DNA from: a virus
Taxonomy: Duplodnaviria > Caudoviricetes
Direction: 5' to 3' (one strand)
Virus record (IMG/VR): IMGVR_UViG_3300002092_000163
Span: 1-26,643 of that record
Length of the DNA: 26,643 nucleotides
This document shows positions 8,943-16,694 of the stretch, in pieces. Under the pieces are notes generated by a model. That model saw only the letters and a program-made list of their open reading frames with translations, was not told the origin of the DNA and searched no databases. The first letter of the stretch is position 1. Every line of letters starts with the position of its first letter. Both the position numbers and the translations under genes were made by a program.

Positions 8943-11900
8943 TGGCAACCATGTCAACACACAGAATAGCCTCGGCGATAGCAAACCATTTGAAAAAAAA
9001 TGGGTTAAATGCAGAGATTGAACATTCCCGCCGTTCAAATTCAAAATATGTTTATGCATCAATTCCAGAGGACCATTATTGGGACCATTGGGACGAAATG
9101 GAAAAACAAAGTTTGAAACCCGATAAAATGAAAACAATCAGAATATCTGATCATCTTAACCCTGCCATGCGGTTTGGGCGGCAAAGCGACTCAAATGATC
9201 GGGCAATTGAAACAGATTATGAAATAAGGACTGATCAAGATAACCAAAAAAATTGGAAGGACATTGCACACGCAACTGTTTCCGATTTTTCACCTGAGAT
9301 GTCTTTTCTTCAAGGAAAAGGACAAATACCCCACAAATCAGACGGCGGGGACGTTGACGGCATCACGGCGTATCACGGGTCGCCGCATGACTTTGAGCAG
9401 TTTGACACCAGCAAGATCGGCACGGGTGAAGGCGCACAGTCTTACGGGCACGGGCTGTACTTTGCTGGGCACGAGCCTGTGGCCAAAGGATACAGGGATG
9501 CACTGAGCGGCGATCCTATCAGTCAAGAAGGCGTAAAACCTGACTGGCGTGATAGGGGGAGCAAATCTTTTGCTCAATTAGCATTGGCCCAATCAATGGA
9601 TAAAAAATTGTCCGGCGATGACGCGATACATGATGCAATGCAGGATTTGCATAAAAATGCGGGGTTGACTGAAAGAAAAGACATAAAACAACGGTATTAT
9701 GATGCCGTAAATAGTCTTGGCCAAATGCTTGGAAAAGAATGGGACATCCACAAAGGCCACATGTACGAGGTGCATATAAACGCACACCCAGACCACATGC
9801 TGGATTGGGATAAGCCGCTCAGTGAACAGTCTTCTCATATTACAAAGAGCCTGTTTGATGTTCGCAAAGAATTACCAACCTTATGGAAAAAAACACAGCA
9901 CCACATTAACAACAACAGCACCGCAAGCGATTTCTATCAATCTATCGCTGCTGGGCATCCTCATGGGTACGCGGGAGCAACTGAGCAATTGAGCCGCGCA
10001 GGCATCAAAGGCATCAAGTATCTGGATGCAGGGTCTCGCGGCGATAAGGCAGAACCCACCCACAACTATGTCGTGTTCGACCACAACGATGTTCATATCA
10101 AACGAAAGTATGAGCAAGGCGGTCAAGTTGAAGGTTATGCCGAAGGTGGCGATGTCTGGGATGATTCGCGTGTTCGCCGTTCTGGTGAGGGCGGGACAGA
10201 GACTACGCTTGATTTTGTCCAAAACGCACAGCTATACAAACAGCGCATGGAAGCACAGGCACCACAGCCTGCACCTCAAACAGAAAGCAAACCAATGCCA
10301 GTTATAGCCGCACCACCACCAGCTATTATCCGCGCCGCTGAACCAGCACCACCCGCACCAGTACAACAGCAGCCACAAGCGCAAAGTCAAACAGGTTTGT
10401 TTCACATCGGCACAAATGACACTGATCCCAACATGACGGTGCAATCAGCACAGCGAATCATTGAGTCCTCCCGTGCCATGGGCATTGACCCTGTGTTCCT
10501 GCTTCCAAATCAATCGGTAAAAAAACCTTACGCAGAAACCAGCAAGGCATTGCAAAAATATTTGGATGACAATGGTATTCAATACCACATGCCGGAATAT
10601 GAATCTGGCGATCCAGCTCATATGTCACATGAATGGGTTAACAATTTTGCAAAGACCTACAATAATCCGTTTATTGCAGGTGACAGCAACAGCGTTCGGT
10701 TGGGCAATTGGGGTTATGGTGCAAAGGGCACTGCGCTTGTCCACCCTGATAGTAAAGCAATTTTAGGCCGTGTTGGTGCAGGGTCTAAAGATATTGCTGA
10801 TGAGCTAGACAAGCACCTTAAATGGTATCAGCAAAACGCTCCACAGCATCGAAGCGATGGTGGAGAAGTTGACCGCCGTCAAATGCACCACAAAGATGTT
10901 ACAGAACGTGTCCCGCAGTTAACTGAAGGTGCAAACAAATTGGCTCAGGGCGAAATAGACAAGCATGAATACCAGCGGCTTGTTAATCAGCACAAGCCTG
11001 TGCACCCTTATGAAAGCGTCCCTGCGCCTGCCACGCATGAGGAAATGTACGCTGCTTTGCAAGAAAACAAGCGCGACAAACTTGGGCAGGCGGAAAACAT
11101 TCCAGAAGGGCACCCTGTTGGTTTGCGGCTTGATATCCCGGCCTACAAAGATCATGGCGTTTGGGTGCCTACAATCCACAATCAAAGTGACCACAAAACC
11201 ATAGCCCACGGCAGCCATGCTATGGTGTCAGATGCTACGTTTAAAATTCCGCAAAACAAAGCATTGAAAGTAGCCACGGGCACTGCAAAGTCGCCATTTG
11301 CCACTATTGACGGCAATTTTAACCATATTTCACATGAAGATGCCATCCAGCTTGCGGCACATGCTTTGAACCACCCCGAATGGACGCAGGTCGGTATGGA
11401 TCCTGAGCGGCATGGTTTTTTTTACGACCGCCGCACACAGCGTCCGGTAAAGAATGCAGCTAAAGTATTGCAGGTAGGGCCGCTTGTATTGGCTCATCAT
11501 GCCGAACTTGGCGACCTATCTGACCCAGAATACCACTATGCCCTTGGGGGCAATATTGGTCATAGGGAACATTTTGACGAAGGTGGTGACGCCAGCGGTG
11601 GTGACGCCAGCGGTGGTGACGCCAGCGGTGGTGACGCCAGCGGTGGTGACGCCAGCGGTGGTGACGATCAAGGAAGTGGTGGTGACGCAACTAGCGATAG
11701 CGAAGGACCCAGCAGCGGCGATATGGGTGGCAGTGAAGGGGAAGGCGGCAATGATAATGCTGGTGCGCCAAGTAACGCCCCTGTTACAGAAGAAAAGCCC
11801 GAAGAAAAGCCCGAAGAAAAGCCCGAAGAAGTTAAACCACCACGACCAATGCCGCTTACACCGCAGAACATGGGCACAAATTTGGGGTATGACTCAATTC

Positions 11901-12079
11901 CAAATGCAACATTTACCCCTGCGGCACCAACAGCATTACCTCCATCAACATCATTTCAACAATTTGCTGGTGGTGGTTTAGTAGATGCGGCGTTAAAGAA
12001 AGTATCCAACAAGTATACCGACACTGGTTTGCCATTGAATGCTATGGAAATATTGAGTAAGATAGCTAGAACTGGTTAA
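8939..12079 (+). CDS. Large polyvalent-type protein: RISDH domain, ADP-ribosyltransferase-like domain, permuted SGNH-like domain, unknown domain and acidic tail
   Basis: 1046-aa ORF coupled to the upstream stop. Motifs YHGSPHDFEQF...G.GLYF...GIKGIKY...YVVF, GTND / DPAH / GDS, and GLRLDIPAY...QVGMDPERH. Domains are separated by xxxGG motifs. Confidence 0.7.
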   Translation: MMATMSTHRIASAIANHLKKNGLNAEIEHSRRSNSKYVYASIPEDHYWDHWDEMEKQSLKPDKMKTIRISDHLNPAMRFGRQSDSNDRAIETDYEIRTDQDNQKNWKDIAHATVSDFSPEMSFLQGKGQIPHKSDGGDVDGITAYHGSPHDFEQFDTSKIGTGEGAQSYGHGLYFAGHEPVAKGYRDALSGDPISQEGVKPDWRDRGSKSFAQLALAQSMDKKLSGDDAIHDAMQDLHKNAGLTERKDIKQRYYDAVNSLGQMLGKEWDIHKGHMYEVHINAHPDHMLDWDKPLSEQSSHITKSLFDVRKELPTLWKKTQHHINNNSTASDFYQSIAAGHPHGYAGATEQLSRAGIKGIKYLDAGSRGDKAEPTHNYVVFDHNDVHIKRKYEQGGQVEGYAEGGDVWDDSRVRRSGEGGTETTLDFVQNAQLYKQRMEAQAPQPAPQTESKPMPVIAAPPPAIIRAAEPAPPAPVQQQPQAQSQTGLFHIGTNDTDPNMTVQSAQRIIESSRAMGIDPVFLLPNQSVKKPYAETSKALQKYLDDNGIQYHMPEYESGDPAHMSHEWVNNFAKTYNNPFIAGDSNSVRLGNWGYGAKGTALVHPDSKAILGRVGAGSKDIADELDKHLKWYQQNAPQHRSDGGEVDRRQMHHKDVTERVPQLTEGANKLAQGEIDKHEYQRLVNQHKPVHPYESVPAPATHEEMYAALQENKRDKLGQAENIPEGHPVGLRLDIPAYKDHGVWVPTIHNQSDHKTIAHGSHAMVSDATFKIPQNKALKVATGTAKSPFATIDGNFNHISHEDAIQLAAHALNHPEWTQVGMDPERHGFFYDRRTQRPVKNAAKVLQVGPLVLAHHAELGDLSDPEYHYALGGNIGHREHFDEGGDASGGDASGGDASGGDASGGDASGGDDQGSGGDATSDSEGPSSGDMGGSEGEGGNDNAGAPSNAPVTEEKPEEKPEEKPEEVKPPRPMPLTPQNMGTNLGYDSIPNATFTPAAPTALPPSTSFQQFAGGGLVDAALKKVSNKYTDTGLPLNAMEILSKIARTG
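11582..11666 (+). repeat. Perfect 15-bp coding tandem repeat (GGTGGTGACGCCAGC x5 plus a partial copy), encoding GGDAS
   Basis: Units start at 11582, 11597, 11612, 11627 and 11642, with a partial unit at 11657. Confidence 0.95.
11789..11830 (+). repeat. Perfect 12-bp coding tandem repeat (GAAGAAAAGCCC x3.5), encoding EEKP
   Basis: Units start at 11789, 11801 and 11813, with a partial unit at 11825. Confidence 0.92.
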
Positions 12080-12103
12080 TCCATCACGCACCAAGGGCAC
12101 ATT

Positions 12104-13411
12104 ATGGCTTACGATTACCACAAGGAAGCTAAGGCTTCCCGCGCCAAGAAATTGAAATCATACAAATCAGCTAACCCACATCAGAAAGTTGATTCGTCTG
12201 ATTGGACCCCTGCCGAGCCTCTGAATACTGAGGCAAAGACAGGTATGCGCCCTGTGTCTCGTCGCCAGTTTAAGCGTGGCGGCAAGGTTCTGCATAAAAT
12301 TGAAGGTGCACATACCAAAACCCGCCACGATCGCAAAGCTCGTAAGAGCGGTGGCAAAGCGGATGGCATGCCTACGGTTGATCGGTTTATCAATAAGGAT
12401 ATGAAGAAAGCCAATGAGTACCGTGATGGGGAAAAGCACGTTGGCGGCATGAAAAACGGTGGCCGCGCCCACAAAGATATGGGTGGCGGGTTGAATGCTA
12501 TGGACCCCATCATGATGGCTGGGAACCGTCTTAATTCAATGAATGCATCGGGTAACACTGGCGTATCTGGTATTACCCCCGGCATGCCCATTGGCGCGGC
12601 TGGCAAAAGCATTATGCGTATGAAAGGCCTTGGCATGAAAAAGGGCGGTCATGTAGATCACCCGGATGAAAAAGCCGATAAGCAGCTAATTAAAAAAATG
12701 ATTAAGCCATCTGCAATGAAGCGTGAAGAGCACTGCGGTGGCGGGATGGCGATGCCAAAAAAACGTGCTGGCGGTAGCGTATTCTCTGGCAACAGCAAAG
12801 AGAAAATCCCCGGCGCAACTGGTGGCCGCAAAGCTCGTGCCGATGGCGGCAATAATGGTGGCATGCGTTCTGAACGTACAGATTACGAAAAAGCTCGTCG
12901 CAATTCTGTTGACGAAGGCATGGATTTGGATACGGACAGCCAGCACACGCAGGATACGCTGCGTAAAGCGGTTCGTAATTTTGAAAACACCGCCAAGGAA
13001 ACTGGTTACTCAAACCTTAAACGCGGTGGCCGCACCAAACATGCATCTGGCGGCAAGGTTGGCAAGGGCAAAACCAACATCAATATTGTAATTGCACCGC
13101 ATGGTGGGCATCCGCAGGACCAGCAAGCCCCAGCAGGCGGCATGATGCCTCCGCAGCCCGTTCCAATGCCAAATAAACCGCCTATGGGCGGCATGCCAAT
13201 GGGTGGAATGCCAATGGGTATGGACCCAAACTTGGCACTCCTTGCCGCTAAAGGTGGTGGTGCCGGGCCTCAACCGCAGCCTCCTATGCCTATGCCAATG
13301 GGTCGCAAGGCGGGTGGCCGCGTTCCTGCCACGCATGTGATTGATAATGCCGCTGGTGGTGGCTTCGGTCGGCTTGAGAAAATTAAAGCTTACGGGCATA
13401 AAGCTTACTAA
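12104..13411 (+). CDS. Basic, low-complexity K/G/M-rich protein with about 10 xxxGG motifs (putative internal head protein)
   Basis: 435 aa containing FKRGG, RKSGG, MKNGG, KDMGG, MKKGG, HCGGG, KRAGG, RADGG, LKRGG, HASGG and RKAGG. Located in the head module. Confidence 0.7.
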   Translation: MAYDYHKEAKASRAKKLKSYKSANPHQKVDSSDWTPAEPLNTEAKTGMRPVSRRQFKRGGKVLHKIEGAHTKTRHDRKARKSGGKADGMPTVDRFINKDMKKANEYRDGEKHVGGMKNGGRAHKDMGGGLNAMDPIMMAGNRLNSMNASGNTGVSGITPGMPIGAAGKSIMRMKGLGMKKGGHVDHPDEKADKQLIKKMIKPSAMKREEHCGGGMAMPKKRAGGSVFSGNSKEKIPGATGGRKARADGGNNGGMRSERTDYEKARRNSVDEGMDLDTDSQHTQDTLRKAVRNFENTAKETGYSNLKRGGRTKHASGGKVGKGKTNINIVIAPHGGHPQDQQAPAGGMMPPQPVPMPNKPPMGGMPMGGMPMGMDPNLALLAAKGGGAGPQPQPPMPMPMGRKAGGRVPATHVIDNAAGGGFGRLEKIKAYGHKAY

Positions 13412-13440
13412 TACTACTAACTTAGTGTAAAACTATTTGT

Positions 13441-13476
13441 GGGGGTGTGACTTTAACAGGTCATGCCCCCATTTTA
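13441..13476 (+). terminator. Probable intrinsic terminator
   Basis: Stem GGGGGTGTGAC / GTCATGCCCCC (with G-U pairs) followed by ATTTT, 30 nt after the stop of the 435-aa gene. Confidence 0.55.
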
Positions 13477-13501
13477 CTTGCGCCATACTTGGAGAAGCGC
13501 A

Positions 13502-13756
13502 ATGAAACAATATGATTCGGTAGTAGCACGTGAAACCGCAAAGCAAATACATGAACTCATCAACAACATTACTGATGCAGTTGTTTGCGGACATTATAGT
13601 GAACGGGAATATGCCCGTGACTGCGGGTTAATAACTGGCCTCAAGCGTTCCCTCGAAGTTTTGGATGATGCCGAAGTGTACATCCGCACTGGCAAACACA
13701 TATGGGAAATTGAAGAGGAACAGAACAAAAATGCCATATCGTCCTATGAAACATAA
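13502..13756 (+). CDS. Small helical hypothetical protein (84 aa)
   Basis: GGAGA RBS before ATG 13502, in frame with track ORF 13463; Y...CG.I.GL pattern; precedes the GroES-like gene. Confidence 0.7.
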   Translation: MKQYDSVVARETAKQIHELINNITDAVVCGHYSEREYARDCGLITGLKRSLEVLDDAEVYIRTGKHIWEIEEEQNKNAISSYET

Positions 13757-14123
13757 TATCGACCCCAAGAAGATACTTCTTGATGAAATGGGCGATATTT
13801 CAAATGTAGATATCTATAACAACCAAGTTTTGGTGGCTGTTTACTTGCGCCCAGAACAAACAGGCTCGGGTATCTTTTTGCCAGAAAAGAACCGTGATGA
13901 AGATCGCTATCAAGGCAAGGTAGGGCTTGTACTCAAACTTGGCCCCAATGCTTTTGGCGAAACAAACGACAATTTTTTCAATGGTGTAGACGTAAAACTC
14001 AGTGATTGGGTCTACTTCAAACCGTCTGATGGATGGTCCATCACGGTTCATGGTGTCCTCTGCCGCATTCTCGATGACAGTTCTGTCCGAGGCAAAATTG
14101 ATGCGCCGGATGTTGTTTGGTAA
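13731..14123 (+). CDS. groES: GroES/Cpn10-like co-chaperonin
   Basis: QVLV...EQTGSGIFLP (mobile loop)...G.VLKLGP...VK..DWV.F....G...RILDD..V.G matches the Cpn10 pattern. GAGG RBS before ATG 13731. Confidence 0.8.
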   Translation: MPYRPMKHNIDPKKILLDEMGDISNVDIYNNQVLVAVYLRPEQTGSGIFLPEKNRDEDRYQGKVGLVLKLGPNAFGETNDNFFNGVDVKLSDWVYFKPSDGWSITVHGVLCRILDDSSVRGKIDAPDVVW

Positions 14124-14130
14124 GGAATAG

Positions 14131-14991
14131 ATGATGTCAGATGAAGATAAAAAAGACGGCATTGAAGTTGTTATTGAAGCCCCTGAAAAGGAAAACGAAT
14201 CAACTGCCAATGAAGTTCCGTTTGAAAAAGGCATTGAAGCTCTCAAAGCCCAGCTTGAAGAAGAAAAGCAAAAGCGTTTTGCCGCAGAATCAGCAGCGCA
14301 TGAAGCTGCTATTGTCGCTCAACAAGCTAAGGTTGAGGTTGCAGATAATGAAATGCACCTTATCAACAATGCAATTGAAGCGGTTAGGCGCAATGCGGAT
14401 CTTTTAAAGCGTGAATATGCGGAGGCGTTGTCTACTGGCGCATACGACCGCGCTGCTGAAATGCAAGAATTGATTGCCAGCAACTCATATAAGCTTTCAA
14501 AGCTTGTTGACGGCAAAGACGCATTGCAAAATCGGCCTACTCCGGTTGCACCAACCATTAATGACCCGGTTGAACAGGTTGCATCGCAGCTATCTCCACG
14601 TTCTGCGGCGTGGGTTCGGACGCACCCTGAGTATGTCAAAGACCCAGTAAAGTATGAATCAATGCTTCGGGCACACAATGTGGCCGTTGCGGAAGGCTAT
14701 TCGCCTGATTCGGATGCTTATTTTCAGTTTGTAGAGAACCGCTTGGGGTTTCGCAACGAACAGAAAGCAGAAACAGAAGCGGATCATACATCAACTGCGG
14801 CAAAACCTACGCAGAAACGGCAAGCTGCACCTGCTGCACCGTCTTCCTCGGTGGCTGGTAGCGGATCAGGGCGAACATTAGTTGCTCGTTTGTCTGCCGA
14901 AGAACGTGAAGTGGCAGAAATGTTGAAGATGACACCTGAAGAATACGCAAAAAACCGCGAAGATTTGCGTAAAGAAGGCAAATTGAACTGA
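14131..14991 (+). CDS. Putative capsid scaffolding protein
   Basis: Acidic, coiled-coil-rich 286 aa with a flexible linker and a C-terminal helix-turn-helix (LSAEEREVAEMLKMTPEEYAKN) ending basic. Lies upstream of the capsid genes. Confidence 0.7.
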   Translation: MMSDEDKKDGIEVVIEAPEKENESTANEVPFEKGIEALKAQLEEEKQKRFAAESAAHEAAIVAQQAKVEVADNEMHLINNAIEAVRRNADLLKREYAEALSTGAYDRAAEMQELIASNSYKLSKLVDGKDALQNRPTPVAPTINDPVEQVASQLSPRSAAWVRTHPEYVKDPVKYESMLRAHNVAVAEGYSPDSDAYFQFVENRLGFRNEQKAETEADHTSTAAKPTQKRQAAPAAPSSSVAGSGSGRTLVARLSAEEREVAEMLKMTPEEYAKNREDLRKEGKLN

Positions 14992-15004
14992 TTGGAGAGT
15001 AGAA

Positions 15005-15553
15005 ATGGTACAGAGAAAGAATAATTTGCCTTCAGAGGCAACAAATGAGGTTGAAGCAACTGCTGAAACCCCAAAAGTAGGCCGCACGGTGCGTAAAAGT
15101 GCAAAAGACCGTGCAGCAGAAATCCGTGCAAACCGTGGTGACGCTGATATTGAAAGCGTAGACCGCTATCGGGTTGATCACCTCAACCTTGACCCCGAAT
15201 GGACCTATGAATGGAAGCGTAAAACCCTTCTTGGCAAAGAAGATCCATCTTATGAGGTCAGTTTGTCTCGTGGCGGGTGGGAACCAGTGCCTCTGGACCG
15301 CCATCCAGAGATGATGCCGCTTGCTCACAAGGGAAAAACCATTGAAGTTGATGGCATGATCCTTATGGAGCGTCCAAAAGAACTGACAGATGAAGCCCGG
15401 CGCGTTGAAGAACGCCGCGCAAAGGCTCAGGTTCGCACCAAAGAAGAACAGTTGCGCGAGACGCCTGCTGGAACCTTGTCCCGCGATGCTGACGCCCGTA
15501 TCAAACCAAAGATTAGCAAAAGTTTTGAACGGATGCCTATCCCAACCGAATAA
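15005..15553 (+). CDS. Hypothetical head-module protein
   Basis: GGAG RBS; 182 aa with YEWKR, GWEPV..HPE and GMILMERP; sits between the scaffold and capsid genes. Confidence 0.75.
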   Translation: MVQRKNNLPSEATNEVEATAETPKVGRTVRKSAKDRAAEIRANRGDADIESVDRYRVDHLNLDPEWTYEWKRKTLLGKEDPSYEVSLSRGGWEPVPLDRHPEMMPLAHKGKTIEVDGMILMERPKELTDEARRVEERRAKAQVRTKEEQLRETPAGTLSRDADARIKPKISKSFERMPIPTE

Positions 15554-15577
15554 TACTTGACGAATACTAAGTGGGTG

Positions 15578-15606
15578 TTGACAGTTGTTTGATACCCACT
15601 TATAAC
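15578..15606 (+). promoter_or_regulatory. Sigma70-like promoter for the capsid genes
   Basis: TTGACA (15578-15583), a 17-nt spacer and TATAAC (15601-15606), about 100 nt upstream of ATG 15707. Confidence 0.65.
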
Positions 15607-15706
15607 TACCTGACTAATCACGGCCCCGGGGAGCCGTAATCACAAAATTACTTAGTTAAGCTGTGCTCGGCGCAACAGTGATGCTAGCTCCCCCGGAGAT
15701 TCCGAC

Positions 15707-16681
15707 ATGGCGAACGTATTCGCGCCGAACGGTTTTCAGCAGTACCAAGGTACTGGTTCCGCTCCAACGTATGAGCAGACACAGCTGATTATCGCGTCCG
15801 GCAACACTACACCGATTTTTTTTGGTGACCCTGTAGTCCAGTCAACTGGTGCTACTGGTCTTGCCACTGGTTATATCAACCAAGCTTATGGCCCTATTGC
15901 CCTGACAGTGGGCTCCACGGGTATTGCTACTAGCTCGGCTGGTACCATGACCGTTACCTTTACCGCTCCTACCACCTCGACCAGCGGTAACATCTACTCA
16001 TCCCCTAATACTTGGGCTCCTCCCGTTGGTTCGTACATTACGATTACGGGTTCCACGACCTCTTCGGGCGTTAACCTAAACGGTACTTTCCAAGTTACCT
16101 CTTCGACCACCACCACAGCAGTTGTTGCTGCTTACGGTTTGCAGACCCCTAGCGTCACTTCGAACGCTTCCGGTACTGTAACCTGCTACGTCCCAGTGGC
16201 TGGTGTGTTTGTCGGCTGCAAGTATCTCTCGACTTCGCAAAAGCGTACCATCTGGTCAAACTATTGGCCCGGTTCTGATGCAAACGGCGATGTGACCGCT
16301 TATGTAATCACTGATCCTAATGCTCAGTTTATTGTTCAGACTGCAAACTCTAACACCACTGCCACTGCGGTTGGTGTGTCTGCGATCGGTCAGAACATTA
16401 GCTTCAACTACAATGACTACACAGGAAGTGGTGAAACCAACGGTAACACCGCTAACGGCCTGTCAACTTTCTTCGCAGACCAGTACTCGCTGATTGCTAA
16501 CTCCTCGGCTGGTGCAGCTTCGAACAACTTCCTCCCATTCCGCATCATCAGCCTTGCGAACTACGTACCGGGGGCCACAAGCCCTCTGGCTGGTATCAAC
16601 GGCAATGACAGCACAACCGCATACAACAAGATCGTGGTCGGGTTTAACAACTCGATGCAACGTGGTCTTGCTGGTATTTAA
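15707..16681 (+). CDS. Virion structural protein, probably head decoration/cement type, with an inserted beta-rich module
   Basis: Immediately upstream of the MCP; T/S/G/A-rich; motifs IFFGDPV, GVFVGCKY and AYVITDPNAQF. Function is inferred from position. Confidence 0.55.
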   Translation: MANVFAPNGFQQYQGTGSAPTYEQTQLIIASGNTTPIFFGDPVVQSTGATGLATGYINQAYGPIALTVGSTGIATSSAGTMTVTFTAPTTSTSGNIYSSPNTWAPPVGSYITITGSTTSSGVNLNGTFQVTSSTTTTAVVAAYGLQTPSVTSNASGTVTCYVPVAGVFVGCKYLSTSQKRTIWSNYWPGSDANGDVTAYVITDPNAQFIVQTANSNTTATAVGVSAIGQNISFNYNDYTGSGETNGNTANGLSTFFADQYSLIANSSAGAASNNFLPFRIISLANYVPGATSPLAGINGNDSTTAYNKIVVGFNNSMQRGLAGI

Positions 16682-16694
16682 GGAGTAAACACCA

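Noticed and set aside
11322-11342. Second parS-like site (TATTTCACATGAAGAT)
   Set aside because: Several mismatches to the consensus and an imperfect palindrome; most likely chance within coding sequence.
11460-11981. CRISPR-like array, or alternative-frame ORFs with RHHRW / VVTPA repeats
   Set aside because: The repeats are contiguous with no spacers, and the extra ORFs are shadows of the in-frame GGDAS repeat.
6294-13411. Ubiquitin-like conjugation system suggested by the GG motifs
   Set aside because: No beta-grasp Ubl, E1/ThiF, E2 or JAB domain is recognisable in the window, and the motifs are internal rather than C-terminal. It cannot be excluded for the rest of the genome.
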